A stretch of 64,000 bases of DNA. Origin: Hemiscyllium ocellatum. Taxonomy: Eukaryota. Position 1 is the stretch's first letter. Every line of letters begins with the position of its first letter. The notes under the pieces were generated by a model that searched no databases, had not been told where the DNA came from, and saw only the letters and a program-made list of their open reading frames with translations. The position numbers and the translations under genes were made by a program. The DNA is taken from the NCBI RefSeq assembly GCF_020745735.1, contig NC_083412.1:61284320-61348319 (forward strand). Direction: 5' to 3'. This document shows, piece after piece, positions 10,855 to 23,580 of this stretch.

Positions 10855-13556
10855 TGAAATAGCTCCACAGAGCCCAGTGTCCCATCACCAAGTCACCCTT
10901 TATTTACACATAAACAGTCCGTGACTATATTACTGCCTCATTCTGAGCCAGCTATTGAGCGTTCCTCCCCATAGGGCCACCTATGAGCTAATACCACCCT
11001 GATACCATATGGAGAGATATCACATGTCAATACTAGATCTGGCTGGGGATCATAGCTGTTTCTTTACTTCACTGAAAGCCATGGCTTGTCTACATGACCA
11101 TTTCCAAGGCTGACCCTTTTAAGAGTTGAAGCAAAAGTGGAGGCTAGGTAATGTCTGAACTTTCCATAATAATTTACCAGCCTAAGGAAAGACCTAAGCT
11201 CCTGGCCAGACATGTGAGTCGTGCACCTTTGATCACCCTCACTTTATCTTCCAAGGGGTGTAACCCATTCTAGTTGACTGTGTAGCCCCAGGGTTCCTGG
11301 ATGCCACCTTGGAAAAACATGTTTGGAATATATCCAAGTTCTTTAAGTGTTCCTTATCAGTTTTCGCTGTTATTAGAACATAATGTAGGTAAATAGTGGC
11401 CTGAGGTAGACCTTGCAAAATGTTCTCCATTGTCCGTTGAAAAATTGAACAGGCTGATGATACTGCAAACAGCTTATTGATACAAACCCTAATGGTATTA
11501 ACTGTAGCATACCCCTGGGAATCATCATCTAAGTGCAATTGCAAGTAAGCATGGCTTATGTCCAGTTTTATGAAGGAAAACCCCTCTGTCAGTTTTATGT
11601 ATAGTCCCCTATGTGAGGGATTGGGTATTTATCCAGCTGTGAAAAGCAGTTTACTGTTTGTTTAAAATCCCCACAAAAGTGAACCAACCTGTCGGGCTTC
11701 AAAATTGGTATGATCGGTGCTGCCCATTCTGCAAACTGGATTGGTTTGCTGAATCTTTCACTTTCCAGCCTTTTGATTACTGCCTCTACTTTTCCATGTA
11801 AGGCAAATGGCACTGGGAGGGCATTGCATAATCATGGAACTGCTTCCTTCTCAACATGCAAGGTGGTCTTTGCTCTGTTGATAGTCCTTAGACCTTCCCG
11901 GAACACTTCCGGGTATTTAATTAGGACTTCACCCAGGCAGCCATTTTGAAACTGAAAAATGTTGAGCCAATCTAAGTGAATCTATTGCAACCAATTTCAC
12001 CCCATCTAGTTTGGGCCCGAGCCTTTTATTACAACCAGTGGTAACGGAACCAATTGTTTTTTTAAGAGACCAGAACTGAAGCTATACCCTTAATCTGTAA
12101 AGGCTCCTGGTATAGGTTCTCAATCCAGCCAAAGTCTTGGGGCAAACTTACAGGCTGGAATCCAGAATAATTCTTTTTTAATAACCATTTTTGCAATCAA
12201 TATTATGGCCACACTAGTATCAACCTCGATTAGAACTGGATGACCATTTAACTAGATGTTTATTTCGATTGGTTCTGATCTGGCTGCTGCTCAGCAATTG
12301 AACTGTTCCAAATCAGCTGTAGGTAGACTTTAGATTGTGCACTCTCGTGGATACCAGCCAGTTAGTTACCTTATTCAATTCAGTTCTAGCAGGATTCCTT
12401 TGCTGTCTTGAGTGCAGATTTGGAAGCAACTACAATGCTTCACTGACCAGGATCCTGAAGAAAATTTTAACCCACTTGGCCGGGGCTTGGCTTTGTTTTG
12501 GGGTTTTGCTGTGGGCTGACCATGAATCCTTCTGATCAGGATATGACTGAGTGATTCTGGATTAGAGTGGTGCTGGAAAAGCACAGCAGTTCAGGCAGCA
12601 TCCGAGGAGCAGTAAAATCAACGTATTGGACAAAAGCCCTATGACTGAGTGAGGCTATGCAATTTCCTTCACTCAAGTAGCATCCCCCATCCTCAGTTGA
12701 CTGGGCAAATGTGTCCATTTCCATTGGAATATCCTGCAACTCATGTTCCACTTGTCATATTTTCCATTGATAAAGCCAGTTGTAGCACCTCTTTGAAATC
12801 CAGTTGGGCTTCAGCTAGTAGATGATTTTGTGTAGTTGCATCAGTAATCCCACATACTAAATAGTCTCTAAGTATCTCATTAAGGGTTAAACCAAAGTCA
12901 CCGCCTTCTGCCAGTTGTCTCAAGCTCATCAAAAATACTGATACAGGTTCCCCTGGTTCACAGATTGCTGAGTGAAAATGATAGCATCTCAGAATTAGAG
13001 GAAGCTTGGGGTCATAATATTCCTTGACTATGTCCGTAAACTCACCAAAGGTTTTAGTATCTGGTGCCTCAGGGAAAGTTAGGCTCCAAATATCTAAAAC
13101 ACTGTGGCTACTCAGGCTATCAGGAAAATTACTTGTTGCTTTTCATCTGCCCCAGTGGCATTTGTTCGGAAAAAATAGTGCATTATTTCCACATCCCAGG
13201 CCTAGTCCTTGGCAGCAGGTTTGAACGAGTCAGGTTTCCCAAACAAAGGTATGATGTAAGAAATGTTTACCCCAACACAACGACGACTGTTTCTTCAGCA
13301 TCGTGCTTTACTCTCGTTGCCACTGAAATAACTAAGTAGAGATCAGTATCATGTCACAAAGTCACCCATTATTTACACGTGGAAAGTCCTTGACACTGGT
13401 CCAGCTCCCTCAGAGCCAGCTCTCAGAGTGAAAAGAATGTCTGACACTCCCCGTCTTGTCTGTCAGAGGGCTCCCTGATTGGACCAGATTAACAGCCCCA
13501 ATTAGGGAACACATGTTCTATGATGCCCGGCTGGCTGACCTCATTAAATCATTACT
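10855..13556 (-). mobile_element. Gypsy (Mag-like) LTR retrotransposon, internally deleted (no integrase)
   Basis: LTR 13324-13556 and partial LTR 10855-~10953 share TGAAATA...AAGTCACCCWTTATTTACAC...GAGCCAGCT; PBS TGGCAACGAG at 13322-13313; TSD TTAGT at 10850-10854 and 13557-13561; gag LRDYLVCGI, protease VDTS (~12215-12225), RT EWAAPIIPILKPD..CGDFK, YLDD decayed to YLHY. Confidence 0.93.
12555..12639 (-). mobile_element. Short Penelope pseudo-LTR fragment nested in the Gypsy gag-pro region
   Basis: Similar to the 24663-24749 arm; flanked by 13-bp direct repeat TATGACTGAGTGA (12542-12554, 12640-12652). Confidence 0.85.
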
Positions 13557-13845
13557 TTAGTTCTTAATATTACTGTTGTTGAGGACATGCTTCATCCATG
13601 AGCATAATAAAATCTAATGAAATTTACCTCACTAGACTTTTTGTAGTTTGTAGTTTCGGGTACTTTCTGAGAATTGCAGTTAATCTATTATTTCATATAT
13701 TAATTTGCTTATGAGGAAACTGCACGCTTAATAATCAGCTATTTCAATTTAGTTGGCCATACTTTCATCTTTGTGTCAGAAGAGTAAGGCCTATAGCTTC
13801 ATTCTGGTCTGCTTGAGGATAAAAATCTGAACAGACTCTGTACTG

Positions 13846-13975
13846 TCCTGATGAAGGGCTCTGGCCCGAAACGTCGAATTTCCTGTTCCTTGGATGCTGC
13901 CTAACCTGCTGTGCTTTAACCAGCAACACATTTTCAGCTCTGATCTCCAGCATCTGCAGACCTCACTTTTTACTC
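13846..13975 (+). mobile_element. Solo Penelope pseudo-LTR tail with hammerhead core
   Basis: Two mismatches versus 23454-23582; direct repeat ACTCTGTACTG at 13835-13845 and 13972-13982. Confidence 0.93.
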
Positions 13976-13982
13976 TGTACTG

Positions 13983-14235
13983 AAATGCCAAGGGAACACT
14001 GCCCTGTCAGAGGTCCTGTCTTTCAGATGCTGCCTGGTCTCTCAGGTGCATGCAAAATATCCCATGGCCCTATTTTTAACAAGAACAGCGAAGTTATCTG
14101 CGAGTTATTATTTCTCTCTCACTCAACATTTGGTCGTTATCATATTATTATTTATGGGAGCTTGCTGTGCACAAATTAGCTTCTAGCTTTCTGACATAGT
14201 GAGTACAATTCAAATGGCCTGACATTGTGTGCTAA
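13983..14235 (+). mobile_element. DeuSINE (SacSINE1/AmnSINE1-like) relic
   Basis: CTGTCAGAGGTCCTGTCTTTCAGATG, AAAATATCCCATGGC and GGGAGCTTGCTGTGCACAAATTAGCT resemble the Deu domain as I recall it. Confidence 0.65.
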
Positions 14236-14995
14236 GCAGGGCATAAGTTATTTGCTGTTGCTAAGACTTTCTGTTTGATTTCAATTTTGAATTTTAGGCT
14301 GTCCTTCGATCTTATGGTTGAAGTCAGAAATCAAGCTGCTCTCGATGCAGGGATTTGCAAGCTCATTCTAAGCCTCCAGTCAAGGATATTGAAGCAATAT
14401 GCGACTTAGTGGAGGGCAGGCAGCCAAGAATTCAACAAGAATTAAACAGTGTTTCTTTATTCACCAACACCCCAACAGCCGACATCACCTCCACCACCCA
14501 CCCCATTGACATCCTCTTCTGGTGGTTAATATTAAAACAAACTGGAAGCTTGGGCTTTTCTGAATCAACTGGACACTCAATATCTTCCAGACTTCAAAAT
14601 GTTTTTTTAAATACACACATTGAAAAACCAAGAAAAGTTGATATACAGCCACACATTTTGATATATTTAATGAAAATTCCATGTTGAATAGAAAACCAAT
14701 GTGTGACTGAGATTTCTCCTTTTTTGTATTAGAAGTAGGGCAAGTGTATTAGGTGGCAATTAACATTGCCATCTCACTGGGAGATAGCTCATTGGAACGC
14801 CCACCAAACAGCTCACTAAGAGCTAACAGCTGGACAAGGGAGCAGGTCTTGCCCTAAATATTGGTGACAGGGTCACTGGAAGCTACCAACCAATCAGAAG
14901 TCAGAGGCTTTTGGATCCTAAAGTCTGCTGATTGACACCAACAAAAAGAATAAGTTAAGTTGATGAAGGGCTAATCTCTCATCAAAGAGATGACC

Positions 14996-15131
14996 GATGG
15001 TGGTTCAACCTGACGGTCAGCATACCTCGGGGGAGTGGACAGGAGAGTCCTTCATGGCAAATTTCAGCCAGTGTGAGAATTGAACCCATGCTGTGAATCA
15101 CAAATCAGTCATCCAGCCGACTGAGGTAACC
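14996..15131 (-). mobile_element. tRNA-derived SINE fragment (different family)
   Basis: Reverse complement begins GGTTACCTCAGTCGGCTGGATG (A-box-like) with GGGTTCAATTCTC (B box). Confidence 0.6.
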
Positions 15132-16359
15132 AACTATTCTTCTTCATGAGATGGTAAGTTTACATTCTTCTTCTTCTGAATTTAAAAACCAACGTAAAAG
15201 AAAAAGTTGGCAAATTATTGATATACATCAATAAAATAAATGAAAAATGTGAAAGTGATGAGTGTTATCTGTTGCACACACCCTCTCGCTCAATCTGAGA
15301 GGCCACCTTCTTCCCCATCCCCTGCTTTCTCTTTCTCTCTCTCTTTCATGCACACATAATACATACTCTCTCACACCAACAGCCAGAGTCATTTTACCTC
15401 TTTAGTCTCTCTCCTTGTGTTTCTTTCTTGCTGCTGTTCCAGCTCATCCAAACATTGGTTCCCTCTCTCGCAGCCTTGTTACTCCTCCAATCATAGATGC
15501 TGACTCTGGAGAAGTAGGAGAGAGGAAGCCTGTGATTGAAGGGGTTTCAGCAGCAGTTTTACAAATGGAGGGCTGAATTTTCCCATTTGCTTGCAAAGTG
15601 GTTTTTCAGTGAGATTCATGGCAACTGATCTGCTGTGACATCTGTTGACTTTTCTCTCACAACCCTTTCCCATTCTGTTCATTTATTACACACCGGGGTC
15701 TCTTCGATGCCTGTCTGCTCTTGGAATTCTGTTTGCAGGGGAGGGGGTGCTCACTCCTTCTGGGACTTTGTGACAATCACGTCACTAGCACAACCCATCA
15801 GGCACAGTCAGCAAGGAATTTCCTCTCAAGCTGGAGTGTTCCAGCATAGTTCAAGGAGAATTGGCTCAGAAAGAGGAACTAGCTCTCTACTTTGCGAGTA
15901 GGGAATTTGAGGTACTGGTGGATGGAGTTGGGGAAAGGAGGACCGTCTATTTTCCTGCTGACCAACAAAGGAGGCCACTCCATCACACTCCACCTGCCTG
16001 CACCACGATAGCTGCCTGGATTTAAAGAAACATCAAGCAGTGCAGGAACACCATCTATGATCTTCTATATTCTATTAAAATAAGTACAAACATATTCACT
16101 TTGCTAGTTCACTTCTCCCCAAGGCTTATGGACTAAAACTCTCACTATTGCATGCAGCACACCTATTCAATGGCCTTCACCCATCTCACTCTTCCTAAGA
16201 CTTCCTACTCACTCATTGGGAACATTACAGCACTTCTCCTTGCATCACTATTAATGGCTCTCCTGTACAAATCCATCACACTTAACTCTTATTTTGCCTT
16301 ATTGAAAGAAGAAAAGGTCTCACAACTGGGGCAAGAGTAGTTTTTGAAGAATAGCTTTA

Positions 16360-19300
16360 AAGTGAAGAGGTTTTATGCAGCACTGATCGATTTTGGTTTA
16401 TTTTGTGTCCTAGCAAGGTAAATAATTGGGCTTCAGTGTTTGTTAGAGAGTTAGGGAACTTTATTTTAGAAGCTTGAGGGAAGTGCCCATTGCTGAGAGA
16501 GAGAAACTGCTCATTTTGCTTTTGACTTTGAGAGGGAGAATCCTGTGAAACCTTGGAATATTGCTTCTGAGAAGATATAGGATGAACTATATTACCTTGG
16601 AGTGAGGAGTTAGTGTTCGTCCCAGAACAGAAGCATTGGGATTACGCCATGAAGAGATTAATTAAAAAGGAGGAGTTTGAAGCTTAAGTATATGATGGCT
16701 CCAGAAGCAAGCTATTTGCAGTCCCAGTTTAACAGTTGAAATCACAAATGACTTAATCCCACTGTGGTGTTAAATACAAGTGTCTCTGGTAAGCATATTG
16801 TACAAATGGGGTTTTGGGTACTATACAAAAACCTGTTTCGTTTCCTTTCCTTATAGGGGACTGTTTTGGGGTTGATGGGATTATACTTGCACTGTGTATC
16901 TAACAATCTTTGAATTTGCATTATATGGCAATTGGAATTGGCAGATACGATATTGTGGGGATAACTGAGACGTGGCTTCAAGTGGACAGGGCCTGGGAAG
17001 TGAATATTCAAGGCTACACGTGCTATCGTAAGGACAGACTGACGGGCAGAGGGGGTGGAGTGGCCTTGTTGGTAAGGGAGGATATTCAGTCGCTTGCGCG
17101 GGGGGACCTAGAGTCAGGGGATGTAAAGAGTCAGTGTGGATAGAGCTGCGAAATACTAAGGGTAAAAAGACCCTCTTGGGAGTCATCTACAGGCCCCCAA
17201 ACAGTAGTCTGGATGTTGGATGTAAGTTGAATCAGGAGCTGAAATTGGCCTGTGGTAAAGATGTTACTACAGTTGTTATGGGGGATTTTAACATGCAGGT
17301 AGACTGGGAGAATCAGGATGGTATTGGACCTCAAGAAAGAGACTTTGTGGAGTGCCTCAGAGATGGATTCTTAGAGCAGCTGGTGCTGGAGCTGACCAGG
17401 GAGAAGGCAATTCTGGATCTAGTATTGTGTAATGAACCAGAATTGGTTAGAGACCAAAGTGAAGGAGCCATTGGGAAGTAGCGACCATAATACAATAAGC
17501 TTCAATCTGCAATTTGAGAGGGAGAGGGTACAGTCGGAAGTGACAGTACTTCTGTTGAATAAAGGGAACTATGGAGCTATGAGGGAGGAGCTGGCCAAAG
17601 TTCAATGGTGCAATACCTTAGCAGGGATGACCATGGTGGAACAATGGCGGATATTTCTGTGTATAATGCAGAAGTTGCAGGATCAGTTCATTCCTAAAAG
17701 GAAGAAAGATCCCAGGAGGAGGCATGGGCGGCCGTGGCTGACGAGGGAAGTTAAGAGACATATAAAGTTAAAAGAGAAAAAGTATAACATAGCAAAGATA
17801 AGTGGGAAAACAGAGGACTGGGAAGCTTTTAAAGAACAACAGAGGATTACTAAGAAGGAAATACGCAAAGGAAAAATGAGGTACGAAGGTAAACTGGCCA
17901 ATAATATAAAAGAGGATAGTAATAGCTTTTTCAAGTATGTGCAAGGCAAAAAAAATGGTTAGGACTAAAATTGGGCCCTTGAAGACAGAAACAGGGGAAT
18001 ATATTACAGGGAACAAAGAAATGGCAGAAGAATGAAATGGGTACTTCAGATCCGTGTTCACTGGGGAAGACACAAGCAATCTCCCTGAAGTAACAGTGAC
18101 TGAAGGACCTGAACTTAAGGGAATCTGTATTTGCCAGGATTTGGTGTTGGAGAGACTGTTAGGTCTGAAGGTTGATAAGTCTCCGGGGCCTGATGGTCTA
18201 CATCCCAGGGTACTGAAGGAGGTGGCTCGGGAAATCGTGCATGCGTTGGTGATTATTTTCCAGAATTCGATAGATTCTGGATCGGTACCTGAGGATTGGA
18301 GAGTGGCTAATGTTATACCACTTTTTAAGAAAGGTGGGAGAGAGAAAACAGGAAATTATAGACCAGTTAGTCTGACCTCAGTATTGAGAAAGATGCTGGA
18401 GTCTATTATAAAGGATGAGATTACGGCACATCTGGATAGTAGTAACAGGATAGGTCAGAGGCAGCATGGATTTATGAAGGGGAAATCGTGCTTGACTAAT
18501 CTTCTGGAGTTTTTTGAGGATGTAACTCTGAAGATGGACAAGGGAGATCCAGTAGATGTAGTGTACCTGGACTTTCAGAAAGCTTTTGATAAAGTTCCAC
18601 ACAGGAGGTTAGTGAGTAAACTTAGGGCGCATGGTATTGGGGGCAAAGTACTAGATTGGATTGAAAATTGGTTGGGTGATAGGAAACAAAGGGTAGTGAT
18701 AAACGGCTCCATTTCGGAATGGCAGGCAGTGACCACTGGGGTACCACAAGGATCCGTGCTGGGACCGCAGCTTTTTACAGTATATGTTAATGATATAGAA
18801 GATGGTATCAGCAATAACATTAGTAAATTTGTTGATGATACGAAGCTGGGTGGCAGGATGAAATGTGAGGAGGATGTTAGAAGATTACAGGGTGACCTGG
18901 ACAAGTTAGGTGAGTGGGCAGATGCATGGCAGATGCAGTTTAATGTGGATAAATGTATGGTTATCCACTTTGGTGGCAAGAACAGGAAGGCAGATTACTA
19001 CCTCAATGGAATTAATTTAGGTAAAGGGGCAGTACAGAGAGATCTGGATGTTCTTGTACACCAGTCAATGAAGGCAAGCATGCAGGTAGTGAAGAAGGCT
19101 AATAGCATGCTGGCCTTCATAACAAGAGGGATTGAGTATAGAAGCAAAGAGGTGCTTCTGCAGCTGTACTGGGCCCTGGTGAGACCACACCTGGAGTACT
19201 GTGTGCAGTTCTGGTCGCCAAATTTGAGGAAAGACATTCTGGCTATTGAGGGAGTGCAGCGTAGGTTCACGAGGTCAATTCCTGGAATGGAGGGATTACC

Positions 19301-19960
19301 TTACACTGAAAGACTGAAGCGAGACTGCGCTTGCATACCCTTGAGTTTAGAAGATTGAGAGGGGATCTGATTGAGACATATAAGATTATGAAAGGATTGG
19401 ACACTCTGGCAGCAGGAAACATGTTTCCGCTGATGGGTGAGTGCCGAACCAGAGGACACAGCTTAAAAGTAAAGGGTAGACCATTTAGGACAGAGATGAG
19501 GAGAAACTTCTTCACCCAGAGAGTGGTGGCTGTGTGGAATGCTCTGCCCCAGAGGGCAGTGGAGGCCCAGTCTCTGGATTCATTTAAGAAAGAATTGGAT
19601 AGATCTCTCAAAGATAGTGGAATCAAGGGTTATGGAGATAAAGCAGGAACAGGATACTGATTAGAAATGATCAGCCATGATCATATTGAATGGCGGTGTA
19701 GGCTCGAAGGGCTGAATGGCCTACTCCTGCACCTATTGTCTATTGTCTATATGTAGATAGTCTTGATTATTTCATTTTTATCTTAATTTCTCCCTTTAAT
19801 AAACCAGCTTTATTGTCAGAGCAAAATCTGTAGTGTTTGATGTTAATGTTTCAGTGACAGACTGATTCATTAAAACCAAAACAAACAAATATATGATCTA
19901 TCAAGTCAGATTCCTATCTGCAATCTCACTTGTCCAGGAAGAACATCAAATGGGATCACA
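16360..19960 (+). mobile_element. Possible solo LTR split by the CR1 at 16928-19750
   Basis: LTR-like composition on both sides of the CR1, AATAAA at 19798, ends ...GGGATCACA; no partner LTR in the window. Confidence 0.3.
16928..19750 (+). mobile_element. Young CR1 LINE, near-complete ORF2 (APE + RT) with a few frameshifts and stops
   Basis: IVGITETWL, YRPPNS, MGDFN, ILDLVL, GSSDHN, KSPGPDGLHPR, QHGF, GVPQGSVLGP, FVDD; 434-aa ORF 18054-19358; tail (CTATTGT)n; possible TSD TATATG at 16922-16927 and 19748-19753. Confidence 0.97.
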
Positions 19961-19964
19961 GCAT

Positions 19965-20140
19965 CTATCACCAGGTCAAAATCCTGGAACTCCTTTTCTA
20001 ACCGATTTGTGGGTAACCCCTTTACCTCATGGACTGCAGTTGTTCAAGAAAGCAGCTCACAACCACATACCTCAGGGCAATTAAGGATGAGCAATTAACA
20101 CCGGCCTGATCAGCAACACCTACAACTTTAGGAAGAATAA
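19965..20140 (+). mobile_element. 3' end of a second CR1/L2-like LINE family
   Basis: TCCTGGAACTCC...GGACTGCAGTTGTTCAAGAAAGCAGCTCACAACCAC (GLQLFKKAAHNH) and GGGCAATTAAGGATG tail, also seen at ~21690-21737. Confidence 0.6.
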
Positions 20141-20636
20141 AAGATATGAGTTAGGACATCATTGGATGTGCTTTACAACTTTGAAAACTACAAAGAGCAG
20201 ATCCCATGAACAAATAATACACACAGATGCTGTACATTTGCCATTTTATTTCCAGCATTCATTACTTTTCTTTCAATCTATTTAGTTTTAAAAACTATGT
20301 TGTGTATAGTTCTTCCCTGTAGTTATATTTTTTGTGCTTATGGATGTGCAATAAATGCTGCCCTAGCTAATGACATCAACATCCATGATATCTTTAAAAA
20401 GCTGAGTCTTTTTTCTATTTTTTAACCTCTTACTCTTTTGTTTTATAAAGTTTCTTACTGTGTGTTAGTCTATGTATTTTCCTTTTACACAAACTCTCTG
20501 GCTCTTTCCTTCCAGCCAGTTTTCTATCTTTCCTTTTCTGCTGAACTGTCTGTAATTAGCAAACTTAAATTTCATAAATGTCAATCACTTTTAATTATAT
20601 TTTTGTTTCTTGAGAGTTTATTGATTTCTAACAATG

Positions 20637-21186
20637 GGGAGATGTGAGGCCTGCAGATGCTGGAGATCAGAGTCAAAACATGTGGGGCTGGAAAAGCACA
20701 GCCAGTCAGGCAGTATGTGAGGAGCAGGAGAGTTGACATTTGGAGTGTAAGCTCCTTAGCTACATCCTGAAGCAATGTTTTCTAATTAAAAAGAAGAGCT
20801 AATGCTCAAAATGTCGACTTTCCCGCTCCTCAGAAGCTACCTGATTGGCTGCACTTTTTCAGTTCCACACTTTTTGACTGGAATCTCCAGCATCTGCAGT
20901 CCTCACTTTCTCCCAGTTGATTATAACCTTACTGCAAAGCCTCTTCCAAGAATACCCACCTTGAAGTAGTTCTCCTCCTTCCTCCATAAGGATCTCAGTG
21001 AGTTTCTCTCTCACTGCACTCCCCAGGTCATCTCCTCTGCCCTGAAGCACTTCAGCCACGACATGAAGCAATTTTTTATAATTAAAAAAAGAACTTATGC
21101 TTGAAACATCGACTCTCCTGCTCCTCAGATGTTGCCTGACCAATGTGCTTTTCCAGTGCCACACTGTTTGACTCTGATCTCTAGCA
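20637..21186. mobile_element. Cluster of three old Penelope pseudo-LTR copies (inverted pair 20637-20758/20792-20914, plus 21090-21186)
   Basis: Each contains CTCCTG/CGCTCCTCAGA..GC..CCTGAC..GCTG...CTCCAGCATCTGCAG homologous to 23490-23575. Confidence 0.85.
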
Positions 21187-21394
21187 ATGGTTTAGTAAAG
21201 TCTGCAATTCGAATTTAAAGTAACAAAATTCTTTACTAAAATAACAGGTCAGAGAACTTTAAAAGAATAGGCTTAATAGCTGTGTTATTTTATTTCCATA
21301 ATTTCACGTCCTCTCCTTCATCTGAAAGGAAAAGAAAAACAAATAATTTACTGTAAACTTGTTCTGCACACACTGACTTGCGGATGTGAGGAAG

Positions 21395-21737
21395 GTGGTG
21401 GTAATTTTACTGCATTACTCATCTGGAGATTCAGATCAATGCTTTGGGTCCAAATGCCACAATAGTAGCAGACAGAATGTAGATTTCATCAATAAATATA
21501 GAATTATAAAACTAGTCTCAGCAATGGTGATCATGCAACTATCATCATTGGTTGTAAAAGCCATCTGGTTTACAAATATGAAGCAAATCTGTTGTCCTTA
21601 CCTTGTCTGACATACATGTGACTCTAGACCCAGAGGTAGCTGATTTTTTAAATGCCCTATGAAATGACACGGTAAACCAATCATTTCAAAGACAATTAAG
21701 AGATGGCTAACAAATACTGGCCTAGCCAGAGACACCT
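21395..21737 (+). mobile_element. Old SINE-like repeat, target of the Penelope insertion (continues 23597-23615)
   Basis: tRNA-like head (GGGTCCAAATGCC), body similar to 33290-33500, LINE-type tail interrupted at the TSD. Confidence 0.5.
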
Positions 21738-23580
21738 TCCTCCACCGAACGCATCTCCACGTACCTCGACACGGTTCTGTCCCCTTTAGTCCAAGAACTC
21801 CCCACCTACGTTCGGGACACCACCCACGCCCTCCACCTCCTCCATGATTTTCGCTTCCCCGGTCCCCAATGCCATATCTTCACGATGGACATCCAATCCC
21901 TGTACACCTCCATCCCCCATCACGAAGGACTCAAAGCTCTCTGCTTCTTCCTTTCCCGCCGCACCAACCAGTACCCTTCCACTGACACCCTCCTTCGACT
22001 GACTGAACTGGTCCTCACCCTGAATAACTTCTCTTTCCAATCCTCCCACTTCCTCCAAACTAAAGGAGTTGCCATGGGCACCCGCATGGGCCCCAGCTAT
22101 GCCTGTCTCTTTGTAGGATATGTGGAACAGTCCATCTTCCGCAACTACACTGGCACCAACCCCCACCTTTTCCTCCGCTACATCGATGACTGTATCGGCG
22201 CTGCCTCGTGCTCCCACGAGGAGGTTGAACAGTTCATCAACTTTACCAATACCTTCCATCCCGACCTCAAATTCAGCTGGACTGTCTCAGACTCCTCCCT
22301 CTCCTTCCTAGACCTTTCCATTTCTATCTCAGGCGACCGACTCAACACAGACATCTACTATAAACCGACTGACTCCCACAGCTACCTGGACTACACCTCC
22401 TCCCACCCTGCCCCCTGTAAAAACGCCATCCCATATTCCCAATTCCTTCGTCTCCGCCGCATCTGCTCCCAGGAGGACCAGTTCCAATACTGTACAGCCC
22501 AGATGGCCTCCTTCTTCAAGGACCGCAGAATCCCTCCAGACGTGATCGACGATGCCCTCCACCGCATCTCCTCCACTTCCCGGTCGTCCGCCCTTGAGCC
22601 CCGCCCCTCCAATCGCCACCAAGACAGAACCCCACTGGTTCTCACCTACCACCCCACCAACCTCCGTATACAGCGTATCATCCGCCGTCATTTCCGCCAA
22701 CTCCAAACGGACCCCACCACCAGGGATATATTTCCCACCCCTCCCCTATCAGCGTTCCGCAAAGACCACTCCCTTCGTGACTCCCTCGTCAGGTCCACAC
22801 CCCCCACCAACCCAACCTCCACTCCCGGCACCTTCCCCTGCAACCGCAGAAAATGCAAAACTTGCGCCCACACCTCCTCCCTTACTTCTCTCCAAGGCCC
22901 CAAGGGACCCTTCCATATCCACCACAAATTCACCTGCACCTCCACACACATCATCTATTGCATCCGCTGCATCTGATGTGGCCTCCTCTATATTGGGGAG
23001 ATGGGCTGCCTACTTGCAGAACGCTTCAGGGAACACCTCTGGGATGCTCGGACCAACCAACCCAACCACCCCGTGGCTCAACACTTTAACTCTCCCTCCC
23101 ACTCCACCGAAGACATGCAGGTCCTTGGACTCCTCCATCGCCAGAACATAACAACACGACGGTTGGAGGAAGAGCGCCTCATCTTCCGCCTGGGAACCCT
23201 CCAGCCACAAGGGATGAACTCAGATTTCTCCAGTTTCCTCATTTCCCCTCCCCCCACCTTGTCTTAGTCGATTCCCTCGAACTCAGCACCGCCCTCCTAA
23301 CCTGCAATCCTCTTCCTGACCTCTCCGCCCCCACCCCACTCCGGCCTATCACCCTCACCTTGACCTCCTTCCACCTATCACATCTCCATCGCCCCTCCCC
23401 CAAGTCCCTCCTCCCTACCTTTTATCTTAGCCTGCCTGGCACCCTCTCCTCATTCCTGATGAAGGGCTCTGGCCCGAAACGTCGAATTTCCTGTTCCTTG
23501 GATGCTGCCTCACCGGCTGTGCTTTAACCAGCAACACATTTTCAGCTCTGATCTCCAGCATCTGCAGACCTCACTTTTTA
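21738..23580 (+). mobile_element. Young 5'-truncated Penelope-like retroelement (RT + GIY-YIG + 3' pseudo-LTR)
   Basis: Single frame from ~21738 to 23267 with one stop (TGA 22974-22976): MDIQSLYTSIPH, GVAMGTRMGP, RYIDD, FLDL, CNRRKCKTC, IIYCIRC..CGLLYIGE; 16-bp TSD CTAGCCAGAGACACCT at 21722-21737 and 23581-23596. Confidence 0.97.
23452..23487 (+). ncRNA. Minimal type I hammerhead ribozyme motif in the Penelope pseudo-LTR
   Basis: ATTC-CTGATGAA-GGGC-tctg-GCCC-GAAAC-GTC/GAAT: stem I ATTC:GAAT, stem II GGGC:GCCC, palindromic ACGT stem III, predicted cleavage after 23483. Confidence 0.8.
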
